Shown piece after piece: positions 46,168-56,639 of a stretch of 64,000 nt of DNA; the stretch's first letter is position 1; each line of letters begins with the position of its first letter. The notes beneath the pieces are model-generated. The model was not told the origin of the DNA and did not search any database. It was given only the letters and a program-made list of their open reading frames with translations. A program made the position numbers and the translations under genes. Location of the stretch: NCBI GenBank assembly GCA_965223845.1, contig CBDCXR010000004.1, forward strand, positions 5,472,001-5,536,000, written 5' to 3'. The DNA is from Planctomycetota bacterium. Its GTDB lineage: Bacteria > Planctomycetota > UBA8108 > SXIK01.

Positions 46168-47862
46168 ATGTTTCTGACGAACCGAACTCGTCTCGGCGAG
46201 CTCTTCGTCGAACACGGAGACTTGACGACGGATCAGATCGAAGACGGCCTGCGCGAGCACCGCGCCTCCGGTCGTCCGCTCGGCCGATGTCTCGTCGAGC
46301 TGGGTCACGCGACGGAAGCGAGCGTTCTCGAACGTCTCGCCGAGCAGCTCTCGCTCGAATCGATCGATCTCGGGTCCCTCGAGATCGACCCGAACGCCGC
46401 GCGGCGCCTCCCGGCCGACTTCGCCCGCGAGCACAGCGTGCTTCCCGTCGATGTCGTCGGCGGACGCCTTCGCTTGGCGACTTCGGATCCCGGCAACGTC
46501 GCGGTCATCGAGGACGCACGTCTCCTCTCGGGGCTCGAGATCGAAGAAGTGGTCGCCGGATCCGACGAGATCCGACGTCGCATCGAAGAGGTCTACAAGA
46601 TCACGGTCGAGAGCGTCATCGATGATTTCACCGCTGCCGAAGGCGACGCCTCGAGCGACACGCTCCACGACATCGAGGTGATGGCGAACGAGCCCACGGT
46701 CGTCAATCTCGTGAACGTGATCATCTCCGCCGCCCTGCGTGAGCGAGCGAGCGACGTCCACCTCGTCCCGTTCGAAGGCCGACTCGAGCTCCGCTACCGG
46801 ATCGACGGCGTGCTCCTCGAGATGCCACCGCCACCGCGCCAGCTTCACGCGGCGCTCATCTCGCGCATCAAGATCATGGCGCAGATGAATATCGCCGAGC
46901 GCTTCATTCCGCAGGACGGTCACTTCCAGATCCGCAACCAGGGAAAGCGAGTCGACGTCCGCGTCGGAACCATGCCGACGATCTACGGGGAGAGCGCAGT
47001 TCTCCGCCTCCTCGAGAAGGATTCGGAGACTCAGTCCCTCGTCGAGCTCGGAATGAATCCGGAGGAAGCCGCGAAGCTCCTTCGCATCGTCGACAAACCG
47101 TACGGCATCGTACTCTCCACCGGTCCGACGGGGTCGGGTAAGACGACGACGCTCTACTCGGTGTTGAGCAGCATCTACACTACCGAGAAGAAGATCCTCA
47201 CGATCGAGGACCCGGTCGAGTACGAGCTCCCCGGTGTCGCGCAGATTCCCGTGCGCCCGAACCGAGGCTTCACCTTCGCCACGGGACTCCGCGCGATCCT
47301 CCGTCAGGACCCCGACGTCATCATGGTGGGCGAGATCCGCGACGCCGAAACGGCCGAGATCGCGATTCGCGCCGCCCTCACGGGTCACCTCGTCTTCAGC
47401 ACGCTCCATACGAATGACGCCGCCGGTGCGGTCACTCGGCTCCTCGACATGGGAATCGAACCGTTTCTCATCGCGTCCTCGCTCGAAGCGGCGATCGCCC
47501 AGCGACTCGTTCGAAAGAACTGCCTCGCGTGCAAAGCCGAGATCGAGATCACGGACGCCGTCCGCGTCAAAATGGAAACGCTAGGGATCGCGGCCGACGC
47601 CGGTCAGCTCTTCCGCGGCGCCGGTTGCGACCGTTGCCGCGGGACGGGCTACTCGGGCCGGGTCGCGCTCTTCGAGCTGCTGATCCTGACACCGGAAGTT
47701 CGGCAGCTCGTCACCGACAAGCGGCCGAGCACGGAGATCAAAGACGTCGCGGTCCGGGACATGCGGTCACTCCGCGACGCGGGCGTGGCGACGGCCCTCT
47801 CGGGCCTCACGAGTCTCGATGAGGTGCTGCGAGTTTCAGTCGGAGAGGGAGCCGAACGATGA
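46168..47862 (+). CDS. gspE: Type II secretion ATPase GspE/PulE
   Basis: N-terminal RLGELFV (MshEN-like); ASDVHL; GPTGSGKTT Walker A; TIEDPVEY; LRQDPDVIMVGEIRD; CxxC pairs. Confidence 0.95.
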   Translation: MFLTNRTRLGELFVEHGDLTTDQIEDGLREHRASGRPLGRCLVELGHATEASVLERLAEQLSLESIDLGSLEIDPNAARRLPADFAREHSVLPVDVVGGRLRLATSDPGNVAVIEDARLLSGLEIEEVVAGSDEIRRRIEEVYKITVESVIDDFTAAEGDASSDTLHDIEVMANEPTVVNLVNVIISAALRERASDVHLVPFEGRLELRYRIDGVLLEMPPPPRQLHAALISRIKIMAQMNIAERFIPQDGHFQIRNQGKRVDVRVGTMPTIYGESAVLRLLEKDSETQSLVELGMNPEEAAKLLRIVDKPYGIVLSTGPTGSGKTTTLYSVLSSIYTTEKKILTIEDPVEYELPGVAQIPVRPNRGFTFATGLRAILRQDPDVIMVGEIRDAETAEIAIRAALTGHLVFSTLHTNDAAGAVTRLLDMGIEPFLIASSLEAAIAQRLVRKNCLACKAEIEITDAVRVKMETLGIAADAGQLFRGAGCDRCRGTGYSGRVALFELLILTPEVRQLVTDKRPSTEIKDVAVRDMRSLRDAGVATALSGLTSLDEVLRVSVGEGAER

Positions 47863-47924
47863 CGCACGATTGCGGGTGCGCGACCGCGCGCTGAACGGGA
47901 ACGGAAGACGCATCGGAAGAGAGA

Positions 47925-49235
47925 ATGGTCACGAGCTTTCGCTACGAAGCCAGAACGAAGAGCGGCACCGCGTCGCGGGGCGTCGTCGACGCCGCAACGC
48001 GTCAGGCGGCGCTGAACGATCTGGCGGGGCGAGGGCTTTTCCCGACCGTCCTCGTGCCAGAAGGGTCTCCCGGCGAGAGCGAGCCGGGGCGCGAGACTGG
48101 CGACGCGGCGGGGCCAGTCTCCGGAGGGCCAGTCTCGACTGGGACCGTGCCGGCGGCACCGGCAGCACCCGTGCCCCTCGACTCCGAGCGAGCGAAGACG
48201 CGAGCGAAGCGAAAGGAAGTGACCGCGTTTACGCGCGAACTGGCGACGCTCCTCGCCGCCGCGATCCCGATCACAAAGGCGCTCGAGGGCCTCAGTGAAC
48301 AGAACGAAAGCGAGCAGCTCCGAGCGGTCATCGACCAGCTCGCGAGCGACGTTCGCGGCGGAAAATCGCTCTCTGAATCGATGCGAACGTTTCCGCGCAT
48401 CTTTCCCGTTTTCTACACGAGCATGGTCGAAGTCGGCGAAGAGTCCGGCGCGATCGCCCAGGTGCTGACGGATCTCGCCGATCTCCTCGAGAGCGAGGAC
48501 GAGATGCGGAGCGAGGTGACGAGCGCGGTCGCCTATCCCGTGTTCGTGCTCGTGCTCGGCTTCGTCACGGCGTTCGTCCTCCTTGCCTTCGTTCTCCCGC
48601 GGCTCTTCTCGATGCTCACGGAGATGGTCGAAGTCCTCCCGGCGCCGACCCGCGTGCTACTCGCCGTCGCCGATTTCTTCGGAAGCTACTGGATCGCGAT
48701 TCTGGTCGCGATCGCGGCAGCGGGCGTCGCGTGGCGTCTCTACACTCGAACGCCGGCCGGGCAGCTCCAATGGGACACCTTCAAGCTGCAGCTCCCTATT
48801 CTCGGCGACCTCTTCCAAACCTCCGCGCTCGCCCGGTTCACCCGCATGCTGGGGACGCTCGAACGGAGCGGAGTTCCTCTCCTCCAGGGACTCGAGGTCG
48901 TGCGCAACACGGTCGGGAACCTGATCGTCAGCCGCCACATCGATCAAGTCACTGAAGAGACCCGCGGCGGCGACTCCCTCGCCGCTCCGCTCCGGCGAAC
49001 GGGTCTTTTGCCGCCCACCATGGTGCAGATGATCGCGGTCGGCGAAGAGACCGGTCAACTCGACACGATGCTTCTCCGAGTCGCCGGAATGCAGGAGCAG
49101 CTCCTCCGCAATCGTTCCAAGGCGCTGATCTCGCTCCTCGGACCGGCGCTCATTCTCGTCGTCGGCGCCGTCGTCGGATTCATCGTCATCGCGCTTCTCC
49201 TCCCCATCTTCCAGATGAGTCAGGCGCTTCGCTGA
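47925..49235 (+). CDS. gspF: Type II secretion inner-membrane platform protein GspF
   Basis: FTRELATLL, MVEVGEESG, AVAYP, MIAVGEETGQLD, ALLLPIFQM. Confidence 0.95.
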   Translation: MVTSFRYEARTKSGTASRGVVDAATRQAALNDLAGRGLFPTVLVPEGSPGESEPGRETGDAAGPVSGGPVSTGTVPAAPAAPVPLDSERAKTRAKRKEVTAFTRELATLLAAAIPITKALEGLSEQNESEQLRAVIDQLASDVRGGKSLSESMRTFPRIFPVFYTSMVEVGEESGAIAQVLTDLADLLESEDEMRSEVTSAVAYPVFVLVLGFVTAFVLLAFVLPRLFSMLTEMVEVLPAPTRVLLAVADFFGSYWIAILVAIAAAGVAWRLYTRTPAGQLQWDTFKLQLPILGDLFQTSALARFTRMLGTLERSGVPLLQGLEVVRNTVGNLIVSRHIDQVTEETRGGDSLAAPLRRTGLLPPTMVQMIAVGEETGQLDTMLLRVAGMQEQLLRNRSKALISLLGPALILVVGAVVGFIVIALLLPIFQMSQALR

Positions 49236-49316
49236 CGCCGTTCGGCGCGGCATCGTCCGCCGCTCCGCTCGTCCTTCCCACACCACAATTCGGATTCTCC
49301 CTCGAGGTACTCACGA

Positions 49317-49808
49317 ATGATCGCGAGGTCTCCCACGATGCTCAATCGACTCCGTCCGACCGGTCGCGCCCGCCGCCGCTCGGATCGCCGCGATGAGGCG
49401 GGCTTCACTCTGATCGAGCTGATGGTGGTCGTCATCGTTCTCGGCATTCTCGCCGCGACGATCATCCCGCAGTTCGTCGGCGTCTCCTACGACGCGAAGG
49501 TCAGTCGCGCTCAGACGGACATCAAAGCGCTGGAGAGCCAGCTCGAGCGCTTCTACCTCCACATGGATCGCTACCCGACGACTCAGGAAGGACTCGACGT
49601 GCTCGTCCAGCCGCCGGCCGACGGCGGCCAAAACTGGCGCGGCCCGTACGTAAAAGAGCTGATCCCCGATCCGTGGGGGAACGGCTACCAGTACCGGAGC
49701 CCGGGACAGTTCGGGTCGAAGACCTACGACCTCTGGTCGAACGGCGCCGACGGGAAGCCCGGTGGAGAGGAAAAAGAGCGCGACATCACGAATTGGAGGA
49801 CCGAATAG
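49317..49808 (+). CDS. gspG: Major pseudopilin GspG
   Basis: AG-FTLIELMVV; YPTTQEGLDVL; WRGPY; DPWGNGYQY; SNGADG. Confidence 0.95.
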   Translation: MIARSPTMLNRLRPTGRARRRSDRRDEAGFTLIELMVVVIVLGILAATIIPQFVGVSYDAKVSRAQTDIKALESQLERFYLHMDRYPTTQEGLDVLVQPPADGGQNWRGPYVKELIPDPWGNGYQYRSPGQFGSKTYDLWSNGADGKPGGEEKERDITNWRTE

Positions 49809-49835
49809 GGACTCTCCGGAGTCGGGATCGCTGTC

Positions 49836-50522
49836 ATGACGCACCCCCGCCGCTTCTCTCGAGCTCCGAACGCAGCACGCGCCCGCGCGGCGGTGAACGC
49901 ACCCCATGCGTCGCCGGCGGGCTCGGGGCTGCTCGCGCGAGCTCCGGGGTCCGCGGACGGGTTCAGTCTCACCGAGCTGATGGTGGTCATCATCGTACTG
50001 TCGATCGTCACGGCGACCGTCACGCCACAGTTCGTCGGCTCCCTCGAGGACGCGACGCTCCGGCGAAGTGCGCGCGAGCTCGCGGCGACGCTTCGCCTCG
50101 CGCGAAGCCACGCCGTGACGACGAACGCCGCTACTAGGTTTCTCCTCGACGCGGAAGGTCACTACTGGATCGAAGGGCGGGGACGCAGCGGCGCGCTCGT
50201 CGGTGCGCGGCCCTTCGAACGCCTCGATCACGTGCCCGGCACTCACGGAGAGATCACCGAGACCATCGCGACGCGGATCGAGCGCCTCGGCGCGGCCGAT
50301 CAGAGGCTCGCGAGCCGGGGCGGCTCGTCGGCCGAAAGCGCTGACGGACGCGTGCCGCGAGCGATGATCCGATTCCTTCCGGACGGAACCACCGAAGCGA
50401 TCGCGATCGTGCTTCGCGACCGCGACGGCTTCGAGCTCAGAGTGCGTCTCGTCCCTGCCACGGCAGCCGTTGAGATCGATCGTCTCGGCCACGATGGAAT
50501 CCACCGGAGGGGCGAAGGATGA
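49836..50522 (+). CDS. gspH: Minor pseudopilin GspH/FimT-like
   Basis: DG-FSLTELMVV; LRLARSHAV; IRFLPDGT. Confidence 0.85.
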   Translation: MTHPRRFSRAPNAARARAAVNAPHASPAGSGLLARAPGSADGFSLTELMVVIIVLSIVTATVTPQFVGSLEDATLRRSARELAATLRLARSHAVTTNAATRFLLDAEGHYWIEGRGRSGALVGARPFERLDHVPGTHGEITETIATRIERLGAADQRLASRGGSSAESADGRVPRAMIRFLPDGTTEAIAIVLRDRDGFELRVRLVPATAAVEIDRLGHDGIHRRGEG

Positions 50523-50998
50523 GGCGACGTCGAGGCGACGACTCGAGTCTCTTCGCGGCGAGGACCGCGGACGCGCGCACCGGGGGCTTCTCCCTCATCG
50601 AAGTGCTCTGCGCCGTCATGCTGCTCGGCGTCTCCATCGTCGGGCTCGCCGAGGGCCTCGCGGTCGGGCTTCGCAGTACGAAGCAGGCCGAGGACTACAC
50701 CCAAGGTGCATTGCTCGCGGCCGCGCGCATCGAAATCATCCGCGCGGAGGGAGACCTCATCGCGGGAGAGGAGTCCGGCGAGTTCGCCGACGTCGGTCGC
50801 TACTCGTGGCGACAGTCGATTCAGTCGACGGCGCCGGAGGGACTCTACCGGGTGCGAGTCGACATTCTGGTGAGCGGGAACAACGTTCCCGTCTACAGGC
50901 TCGAGACGCTCCTCTTCGACCGTCCGATCCGCCTCGAAACCGAGACGGAGCGACGGCGAAGACGCGGCGAGGAAACCCGCGCTCGAGGAGGCTACTGA
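50519..50998 (+). CDS. gspI: Minor pseudopilin GspI-like
   Basis: GG-FSLIEVLCA; LYRVRVDI; operon position. Confidence 0.82.
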   Translation: MRRRRGDDSSLFAARTADARTGGFSLIEVLCAVMLLGVSIVGLAEGLAVGLRSTKQAEDYTQGALLAAARIEIIRAEGDLIAGEESGEFADVGRYSWRQSIQSTAPEGLYRVRVDILVSGNNVPVYRLETLLFDRPIRLETETERRRRRGEETRARGGY

Positions 50999-51933
50999 TG
51001 GCAGCGGCCGAATCGACGATGCGAACCCCGCCCGCGCCGCTTCGCGCACTGCGACGGTCGAGCGGCGTCACCCTCGTCGAACTCATCGTCGGTCTGTCGC
51101 TCATGACCGCGGTCGTCGGCGGCGCGTTCCTCGCCCTCAATGCGGGGATGTCGAGCCAAGAATTCGCCTATCAGAGAATGGAGACGCTCCAGCGCGCCCG
51201 CGCGGCTCTCGCGCTCATCGCGGCCGATCTTCGGAGCGCGTGTGTGTGGGACTCGATGCAGTTCGAGCTCATCGGAGTCGACCGCAAGCTCGGCGAGATC
51301 GAGGCAGACAACATCGACTTCGCTACCCACAACTATCGTCCGGCTCGCCCGGGCGAGGCGGATTTCGCGGAGGTGAGCTACTTCGTCGATCGAAACCCGC
51401 TCTCGGGTGAGCTCGGGATTTGGCGGCGGCGGGATCCCACTCCCGACGAGCTGCCGATGGAAGGAGGCCAGAAGGAGGAGATCATCCGCGGCGTGCGACA
51501 GCTCCGCTTCGAGTACACCGACGGGTACGTCTGGTACGACAGCTGGGGCAGCACTCGGATGGAGGATCGCGAGCAGCGACCTCGTCCCGGCCAAAACCGG
51601 GGCAACGAGCCGGGGAGCGAGAACGAAGGATCGCCGGGGGAAGAGGATCCGACCGATCCCTCCCTCCTCATGGCGGGAAACCTCTACGGACTCCCGAAGG
51701 CGATCCGCATCACGATCAAGATTTCCGAGGTCGAGGAAGAGGAGCGGAGCCGCACCACGACGCTCGGCGTAGACGACGCCACCGCTAGCTCCATCGCGGG
51801 AAGCGATTCGGGTGTGACATTTCAAACGATCGTCAACCTCGAGCTCGAGGGCCGAGAGTTCGCGACCGCGAATTCCTCGGGCGCGTCGAACTCGATGGAC
51901 GGCGGTAACGACTCGTCGGAGGACGGGCAATGA
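50998..51933 (+). CDS. gspJ: Minor pseudopilin GspJ-like
   Basis: TGATG coupling; SG-VTLVELIV; EVSYFV, IWRRRDP, LRFEY...WYDSW, LPKAIRITI. Confidence 0.85.
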   Translation: MAAAESTMRTPPAPLRALRRSSGVTLVELIVGLSLMTAVVGGAFLALNAGMSSQEFAYQRMETLQRARAALALIAADLRSACVWDSMQFELIGVDRKLGEIEADNIDFATHNYRPARPGEADFAEVSYFVDRNPLSGELGIWRRRDPTPDELPMEGGQKEEIIRGVRQLRFEYTDGYVWYDSWGSTRMEDREQRPRPGQNRGNEPGSENEGSPGEEDPTDPSLLMAGNLYGLPKAIRITIKISEVEEEERSRTTTLGVDDATASSIAGSDSGVTFQTIVNLELEGREFATANSSGASNSMDGGNDSSEDGQ

Positions 51934-53369
51934 TCCGCTTCGAACGACGAGAGCGCGGCCGGATCGTCCCGACGGAGCTCCCTCGGACGACGCTGCGCTC
52001 GGGCTCGGCGCTCGTCGCGGTGATGTGGAGCGTCGTCCTTCTCGGCAGCGTCGTCGTCGGCCTCCTGCACACGACGACTCTCGAGCTTCGCATCGCAAAG
52101 AACTTCGGCGATCGCTGCCAAGCGCACTATCTGGCCCTCGCCGGGATCGAAAAAGCGAAGGCGATGATCGATCTCGAAATCGAGGAGCGAAAGACGAACG
52201 GAACGAACTATCGCTCGAAGCTGCGCGACGACGCCAGCGCATTCCGCGACGTGAAGCTCGGTCGCGGCATCTACCGAGTCTACCGGACGGGGGACCGCGG
52301 CGATGACCAGGGTCGACTGATCTACGGACTCAGCGACGAAGAGAGTCGCATCAACATCAACACGATCGACCTCGGGCAGCTCGACAAGCTCCCCGGCTTC
52401 ACGAGCGCCACCGCGGCGGCGATCACGGACTGGCGGGATTTCGATCAGGAACCCTCCGAGGAAGGGGCCGAGCAGCCCGTCTACGCGGAGCAACCCGTTC
52501 CCTATCTCGTGCGAAACGGACCGATCGAGACGCTGCGCGAGCTTCTCTTCGTGCGCGGCGTTCGCCCGGAGCTGCTTCTCGGTGAAGACCAAAACGCCAA
52601 TGGCGTGCTCGACCCGGAGGAGCAAGACGGAGCCGCGAGTGCCCCCATGGACAACGGCGACGCGATCCTCGATCGAGGCTGGTCGCAGTATCTCGCCACG
52701 GAATCCGCGGCGCGCAACGTGAGTGCGAAGGACGAAAGGCGGCTCAACATCAACTTCGCGACGCAGGACGAGCTCGCCGCCCTGCCGGACATCAGCGACG
52801 ACCTCGCGAAGTCGATCGTCGAGTTTCGCGAATCGAATCAATTCTCCAGCATCATCGACCTCCTCAACGTCCGGCGCATGCAGCAGCGAAACGATAACAA
52901 CGCCCGACGCGAAGGGGGCAACGAGACGGACGGAGGAGACGGCGGTCGACAATCTCAGAACCTCGAGGCGACGGGCGATCCGCTGATCGACCGCGAGCTC
53001 CTCAAGAAGATCGCGGACGATGTGACGACGAACTTCGGCGTTACGCAGGCGGGCGTCGTCAACGTCAACTCCGCGAGCGCACGTGTCCTCTCGATGCTTC
53101 CGGGAATCGACGACGAGCTCGCCCAGGCGATCGTCCAGCATCGCCGGCAGAACCAGCACTTTCCCACGATCGCCCATCTCCTCGACGTACGCGGCATGGA
53201 TCAGGACAAGCTGAAGGAGCTAGCGAACTCGTTGACGACGCGCTCGGACACGTGGCGCGTTTTCAGCGAAGGATTCGTGCCTTCGACCGGCGCGCGGAAA
53301 CGCATCGAGGTGATCATTCGCATGGGAACCTTCGGGGTCGACACCCTCTACTATCGGGAGGACCTGTGA
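51930..53369 (+). CDS. gspK: Minor pseudopilin GspK with helix-hairpin-helix repeats
   Basis: GSALVAVMW; DEESRININ; AITDWRD; ELLFVRGV; LNINFATQDELAALPDI; VNVNSASARVLSMLPGI. Confidence 0.9.
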   Translation: MIRFERRERGRIVPTELPRTTLRSGSALVAVMWSVVLLGSVVVGLLHTTTLELRIAKNFGDRCQAHYLALAGIEKAKAMIDLEIEERKTNGTNYRSKLRDDASAFRDVKLGRGIYRVYRTGDRGDDQGRLIYGLSDEESRININTIDLGQLDKLPGFTSATAAAITDWRDFDQEPSEEGAEQPVYAEQPVPYLVRNGPIETLRELLFVRGVRPELLLGEDQNANGVLDPEEQDGAASAPMDNGDAILDRGWSQYLATESAARNVSAKDERRLNINFATQDELAALPDISDDLAKSIVEFRESNQFSSIIDLLNVRRMQQRNDNNARREGGNETDGGDGGRQSQNLEATGDPLIDRELLKKIADDVTTNFGVTQAGVVNVNSASARVLSMLPGIDDELAQAIVQHRRQNQHFPTIAHLLDVRGMDQDKLKELANSLTTRSDTWRVFSEGFVPSTGARKRIEVIIRMGTFGVDTLYYREDL

Positions 53370-55285
53370 GACGAAAGAGTGCCCCCGGAAAGGGGGATCC
53401 AGTCATCGACCTCGGCCTCGGGACGCTCAAGGTCCTGTGGGGACGCCGAAAGCTCGAGCTCGACTTCGAGCCCGGTGCCGATGGCGCTCTGCCTCGCGAC
53501 CGGAAGGAAGAGCTTCAGCGGAGCGTCCGCTCCTTCCTCGGCCTCTCCGAAGGCGACGCCGCGAGCGCTCGACTTCGTCCGGCCCTCTGCGGCGTGTCGG
53601 CACTCGGGGTTTCGCTCCGAACGCTCGAACTTCCCCCCGTGCCGCGGGATGACCTGCCCGCGATTCTTCGGCTGCAGCTCGAGCGCTCGTTCCCACTCCC
53701 GCCGGAAGAGATCGCCTTCGGCTACTACCGATTCGCGCCGAGCCAGAACGGCGTGCGACCGCTCGGCGCGGGCGAAGCGGGTGAGCTTCTCGTCGCGGCG
53801 ACGCGCCGCGCGGCGATCGAAGAGTATCGCGACTTCCTCGCGGGATGTGGTCTGCGCGCGCATTTCGCGCTCGCGCCGCTGGCTGCGTGCGAAACGTGTA
53901 CCTTCGGCGCGCATCGCGTCTTCCTCGTCGACATCGGGCGGCATCAGACCGAAATCCTCGCGCTCGAAGGACGGCGACCGCGCGCAGTGCGAACGCTTCC
54001 GTGGGGCGGAGAAACCGTCACGGCGGCGATCGCAGCGGCTCTCGGGGTCGAGCGCGAACGCGCCGAAGAGCTGAAGACGAACGATCCGGCGAACCCGGAT
54101 GTCGCCGGAGCCATCGAATCCTCGACGCGAGAATTCGCGCGTCGACTGGCCGACGTCCTCGCGGTGCTCTCGCGCGACTCCGGTGCGACAGAGTCCTCGG
54201 CGTCGGTCGTCCTCCTCGGTGGAGGTTCGCGTCTCGGCGGCCTCGCATCGACTCTCGAGCAAACGCTGTCGGTGACGGTCGAACGCGCACCCGTGCCGGG
54301 CGACGGGATCTCCTCCGTGCTCGCCGGACTGCGCCGGCAACTCGAACCAACGGGACGCGCGTCGGAGCTCCGCTTCGAGATCGCCGAACGCAGCGAGGCG
54401 GAGCGACCCCAAACGAAACGGTCGTCGATCGCCGTCTGGGCCGTCGCGGCTCTGCTCCTCGGCGCGGCGAGTCTCGCCCTCCGGTTCATCCCGGCGGCGC
54501 TCGAACGACCGGAGCTCCAAGCCGAGATCACTACGCTCGAGGAACGCGTGTCGCGGCAGCCGTCGGTCGACGCCGAGCTCGGCTTCCTTCAGTCCCTAGA
54601 ATCACGCCGCGCGCCGTACCTCCAGACGCTTGCGGCAATCGCTTCGGCGGCACCGAAGGGATCGTTCTTCACGGAGATCGACCTCACTCGCGCGGGCACG
54701 GTGTCATTTCGCGGGACCGTGAAGAACACAGCCGAGCTCCACGCATTTCGCGAGAAGCTTCACGCGACCGGCCGCTTCGAGCGAGTCGTCGTTCAGAATC
54801 AGATCCCGAAGAAGAAGAAGCTCGACGTGCAGCTCTACGCGCAAGTCGACCTCGACGCGCCGCCCCTCCCCGAACCCGAGGACGCTCCCGACGACGCAAA
54901 GAAAGACGGCGAGAAGAAACCGGGCGAGGCCGAAAAGGACGGCGGAAAGAAGAAGACCGACGAAGCGAAGCCGAGCGAGGCCGAAAAGGACGGCGAGAAG
55001 TCGGAGAAAGCTGACCCGGCGGCTCCACCGAAGGCGAGCGGCGAAGCGATCTCCGCCGAAACGTCCGGCGAGAAGAAAGCCGCCGGGGAGAGCGCGGGCA
55101 AGGCGGATGCGAACGCCGCGGCCGCCGCGGCGAAGGCGGCGGAGGCGAAGTCGGCCGAGGCGGTGAACTCGTCCGTCGCGCCCATCGAGAGCTTGAAGAT
55201 CCTCGACTCGAGCTCCTTCAGTACCGACGAGTTGCGTGCCGTCGAGACTCACATCGAGATCATTTCCGCCGAGGAGGGAAGCTGA
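53366..55285 (+). CDS. GspL-like protein (PilM-like actin-fold domain + TM + PilN-like domain) with a charged tail
   Basis: GTGA overlap; IDLGLGTLK, VDIGRHQT, LPWGGETVT, VLLGGGSRLGGL; TM; periplasmic VSFRGTV. Confidence 0.8.
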   Translation: MRRKSAPGKGDPVIDLGLGTLKVLWGRRKLELDFEPGADGALPRDRKEELQRSVRSFLGLSEGDAASARLRPALCGVSALGVSLRTLELPPVPRDDLPAILRLQLERSFPLPPEEIAFGYYRFAPSQNGVRPLGAGEAGELLVAATRRAAIEEYRDFLAGCGLRAHFALAPLAACETCTFGAHRVFLVDIGRHQTEILALEGRRPRAVRTLPWGGETVTAAIAAALGVERERAEELKTNDPANPDVAGAIESSTREFARRLADVLAVLSRDSGATESSASVVLLGGGSRLGGLASTLEQTLSVTVERAPVPGDGISSVLAGLRRQLEPTGRASELRFEIAERSEAERPQTKRSSIAVWAVAALLLGAASLALRFIPAALERPELQAEITTLEERVSRQPSVDAELGFLQSLESRRAPYLQTLAAIASAAPKGSFFTEIDLTRAGTVSFRGTVKNTAELHAFREKLHATGRFERVVVQNQIPKKKKLDVQLYAQVDLDAPPLPEPEDAPDDAKKDGEKKPGEAEKDGGKKKTDEAKPSEAEKDGEKSEKADPAAPPKASGEAISAETSGEKKAAGESAGKADANAAAAAAKAAEAKSAEAVNSSVAPIESLKILDSSSFSTDELRAVETHIEIISAEEGS

Positions 55286-55866
55286 TGCGCGCGCTGAACG
55301 AACGAGAGAAACGCACGGTTCGAATCGCGATCGCGTTCGTCCTCATCTATCTTCCGCTTTCCTTCGGTCCGCGCCTCTGGCGCTCGCTGAAGGCCGTCGA
55401 GGACGAGCGCAACGTCCTCGCCGAGACCGCGACCGGGCTCAAGTCGCAGCTCCAGCGCGAGTGGATCAAGCAGGAGAAGACGGTGAAGCTACGCGAATCG
55501 CTCGGAATCGAGCTCGCGAAGCTGAACGACGCGACGCTCGTCGCCGAGGCGACGGAGGCGATCTACGCGACCGCGAAGGCGAGTGGAGTCGGGATCGGGG
55601 GGTGGCGCGAATCACCGTCGGGCGGACGCGGTCGCGAGTTGTCGACTCTCCATCTCGACTGCGGCGGATCGATCGAGGGATTCGTGAAATTCGTCCACGG
55701 TGTCGAGCATCTCGGTTATCCGCTCAGCATCGATCGCCTCAACGTCAAAGTGAATGAAAAGAGCCCCGGCAAGGCATCGTTCAGTCTCTCCATCGTCGTC
55801 TACAGCGTCGACGCCGCAAAGCGTCCGCCGACGCCTGCGTCCTCCCTCGCCTCACCCGGAATCTAG
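55285..55866 (+). CDS. GspM/PilO-like protein
   Basis: LNEREKR + TM + coiled coil; GSIEGFVKFVHGVE; operon position. Confidence 0.75.
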   Translation: MRALNEREKRTVRIAIAFVLIYLPLSFGPRLWRSLKAVEDERNVLAETATGLKSQLQREWIKQEKTVKLRESLGIELAKLNDATLVAEATEAIYATAKASGVGIGGWRESPSGGRGRELSTLHLDCGGSIEGFVKFVHGVEHLGYPLSIDRLNVKVNEKSPGKASFSLSIVVYSVDAAKRPPTPASSLASPGI

Positions 55867-55877
55867 ACTCGGTCTCC

Positions 55878-56639
55878 ATGCAAGTAGCGACATTGATCCT
55901 CAAGCTCCTCACCCTCGTCCTCGCGCTCGTCGTCGGCTGGCAGGCCTATTCGTGGGCGTCGGGGGACCCGGACGAAGGCGGAATGATCGCGATCGTCGGT
56001 GCCGGCGATGAGTTCGCGGCGGGCCGCGGCCCACTCGAAACTCCGCGCGAATCAGATCCGACGGAATCTATCGGGAACGGCGACCCCGAGAAGAAGGAGG
56101 TCGCGGAGGGAGAGAGGACGGGCGAGACGGAAGAGGGTGCCGCCGGCGAGCCCAAGAAGGATGAGAAGGACAAGAAGGACAAGAAGGACGGAGGCAAGAC
56201 GAAGGAAGCCGAGAAGAAGCGAACGCTTCCCGAGCTGCCGAAGTCTCTCGCGACGATCGCCGCCTCGGGGATCCTCGGCAAGGCGCCGGTAAAACAAAAG
56301 CCGCCGCCCGCGCTCATCGGGTTCGTCGGGGACGCGGCCATCATCCGCTCGCCGGGCGGACGTGAAGATCTCGTTCGCGCCGGCGGCGAGATCGACGGCG
56401 TGAAGGTGCTCGAAATCGGCGTGAATCGAGTGCTGATCGAGTACCAGAACAAGAAACTCGAGCTCATGGTCTACGCGGGTCAGGGCGGAGAGTCTCTCCT
56501 CCCGCCGAAGAAGGCCGCGCCCGAGGCGGAGAAGAAAGCGTCTTCTCCAGCGAAGGCGGCCTCACCTGAAGCGGCCCCCACGAAAGAATCCGAAGCGGCC
56601 CAGCCCACGGCCCAGCCCAAAAAGGACTCACGCGCATGA
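55878..56639 (+). CDS. GspC/PilP-like protein
   Basis: N-terminal TM; LIGFVGDAAII...VRAGGEIDGVKVLEIGVNRVLIE (HR-domain-like); lies just before the secretin. Confidence 0.65.
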   Translation: MQVATLILKLLTLVLALVVGWQAYSWASGDPDEGGMIAIVGAGDEFAAGRGPLETPRESDPTESIGNGDPEKKEVAEGERTGETEEGAAGEPKKDEKDKKDKKDGGKTKEAEKKRTLPELPKSLATIAASGILGKAPVKQKPPPALIGFVGDAAIIRSPGGREDLVRAGGEIDGVKVLEIGVNRVLIEYQNKKLELMVYAGQGGESLLPPKKAAPEAEKKASSPAKAASPEAAPTKESEAAQPTAQPKKDSRA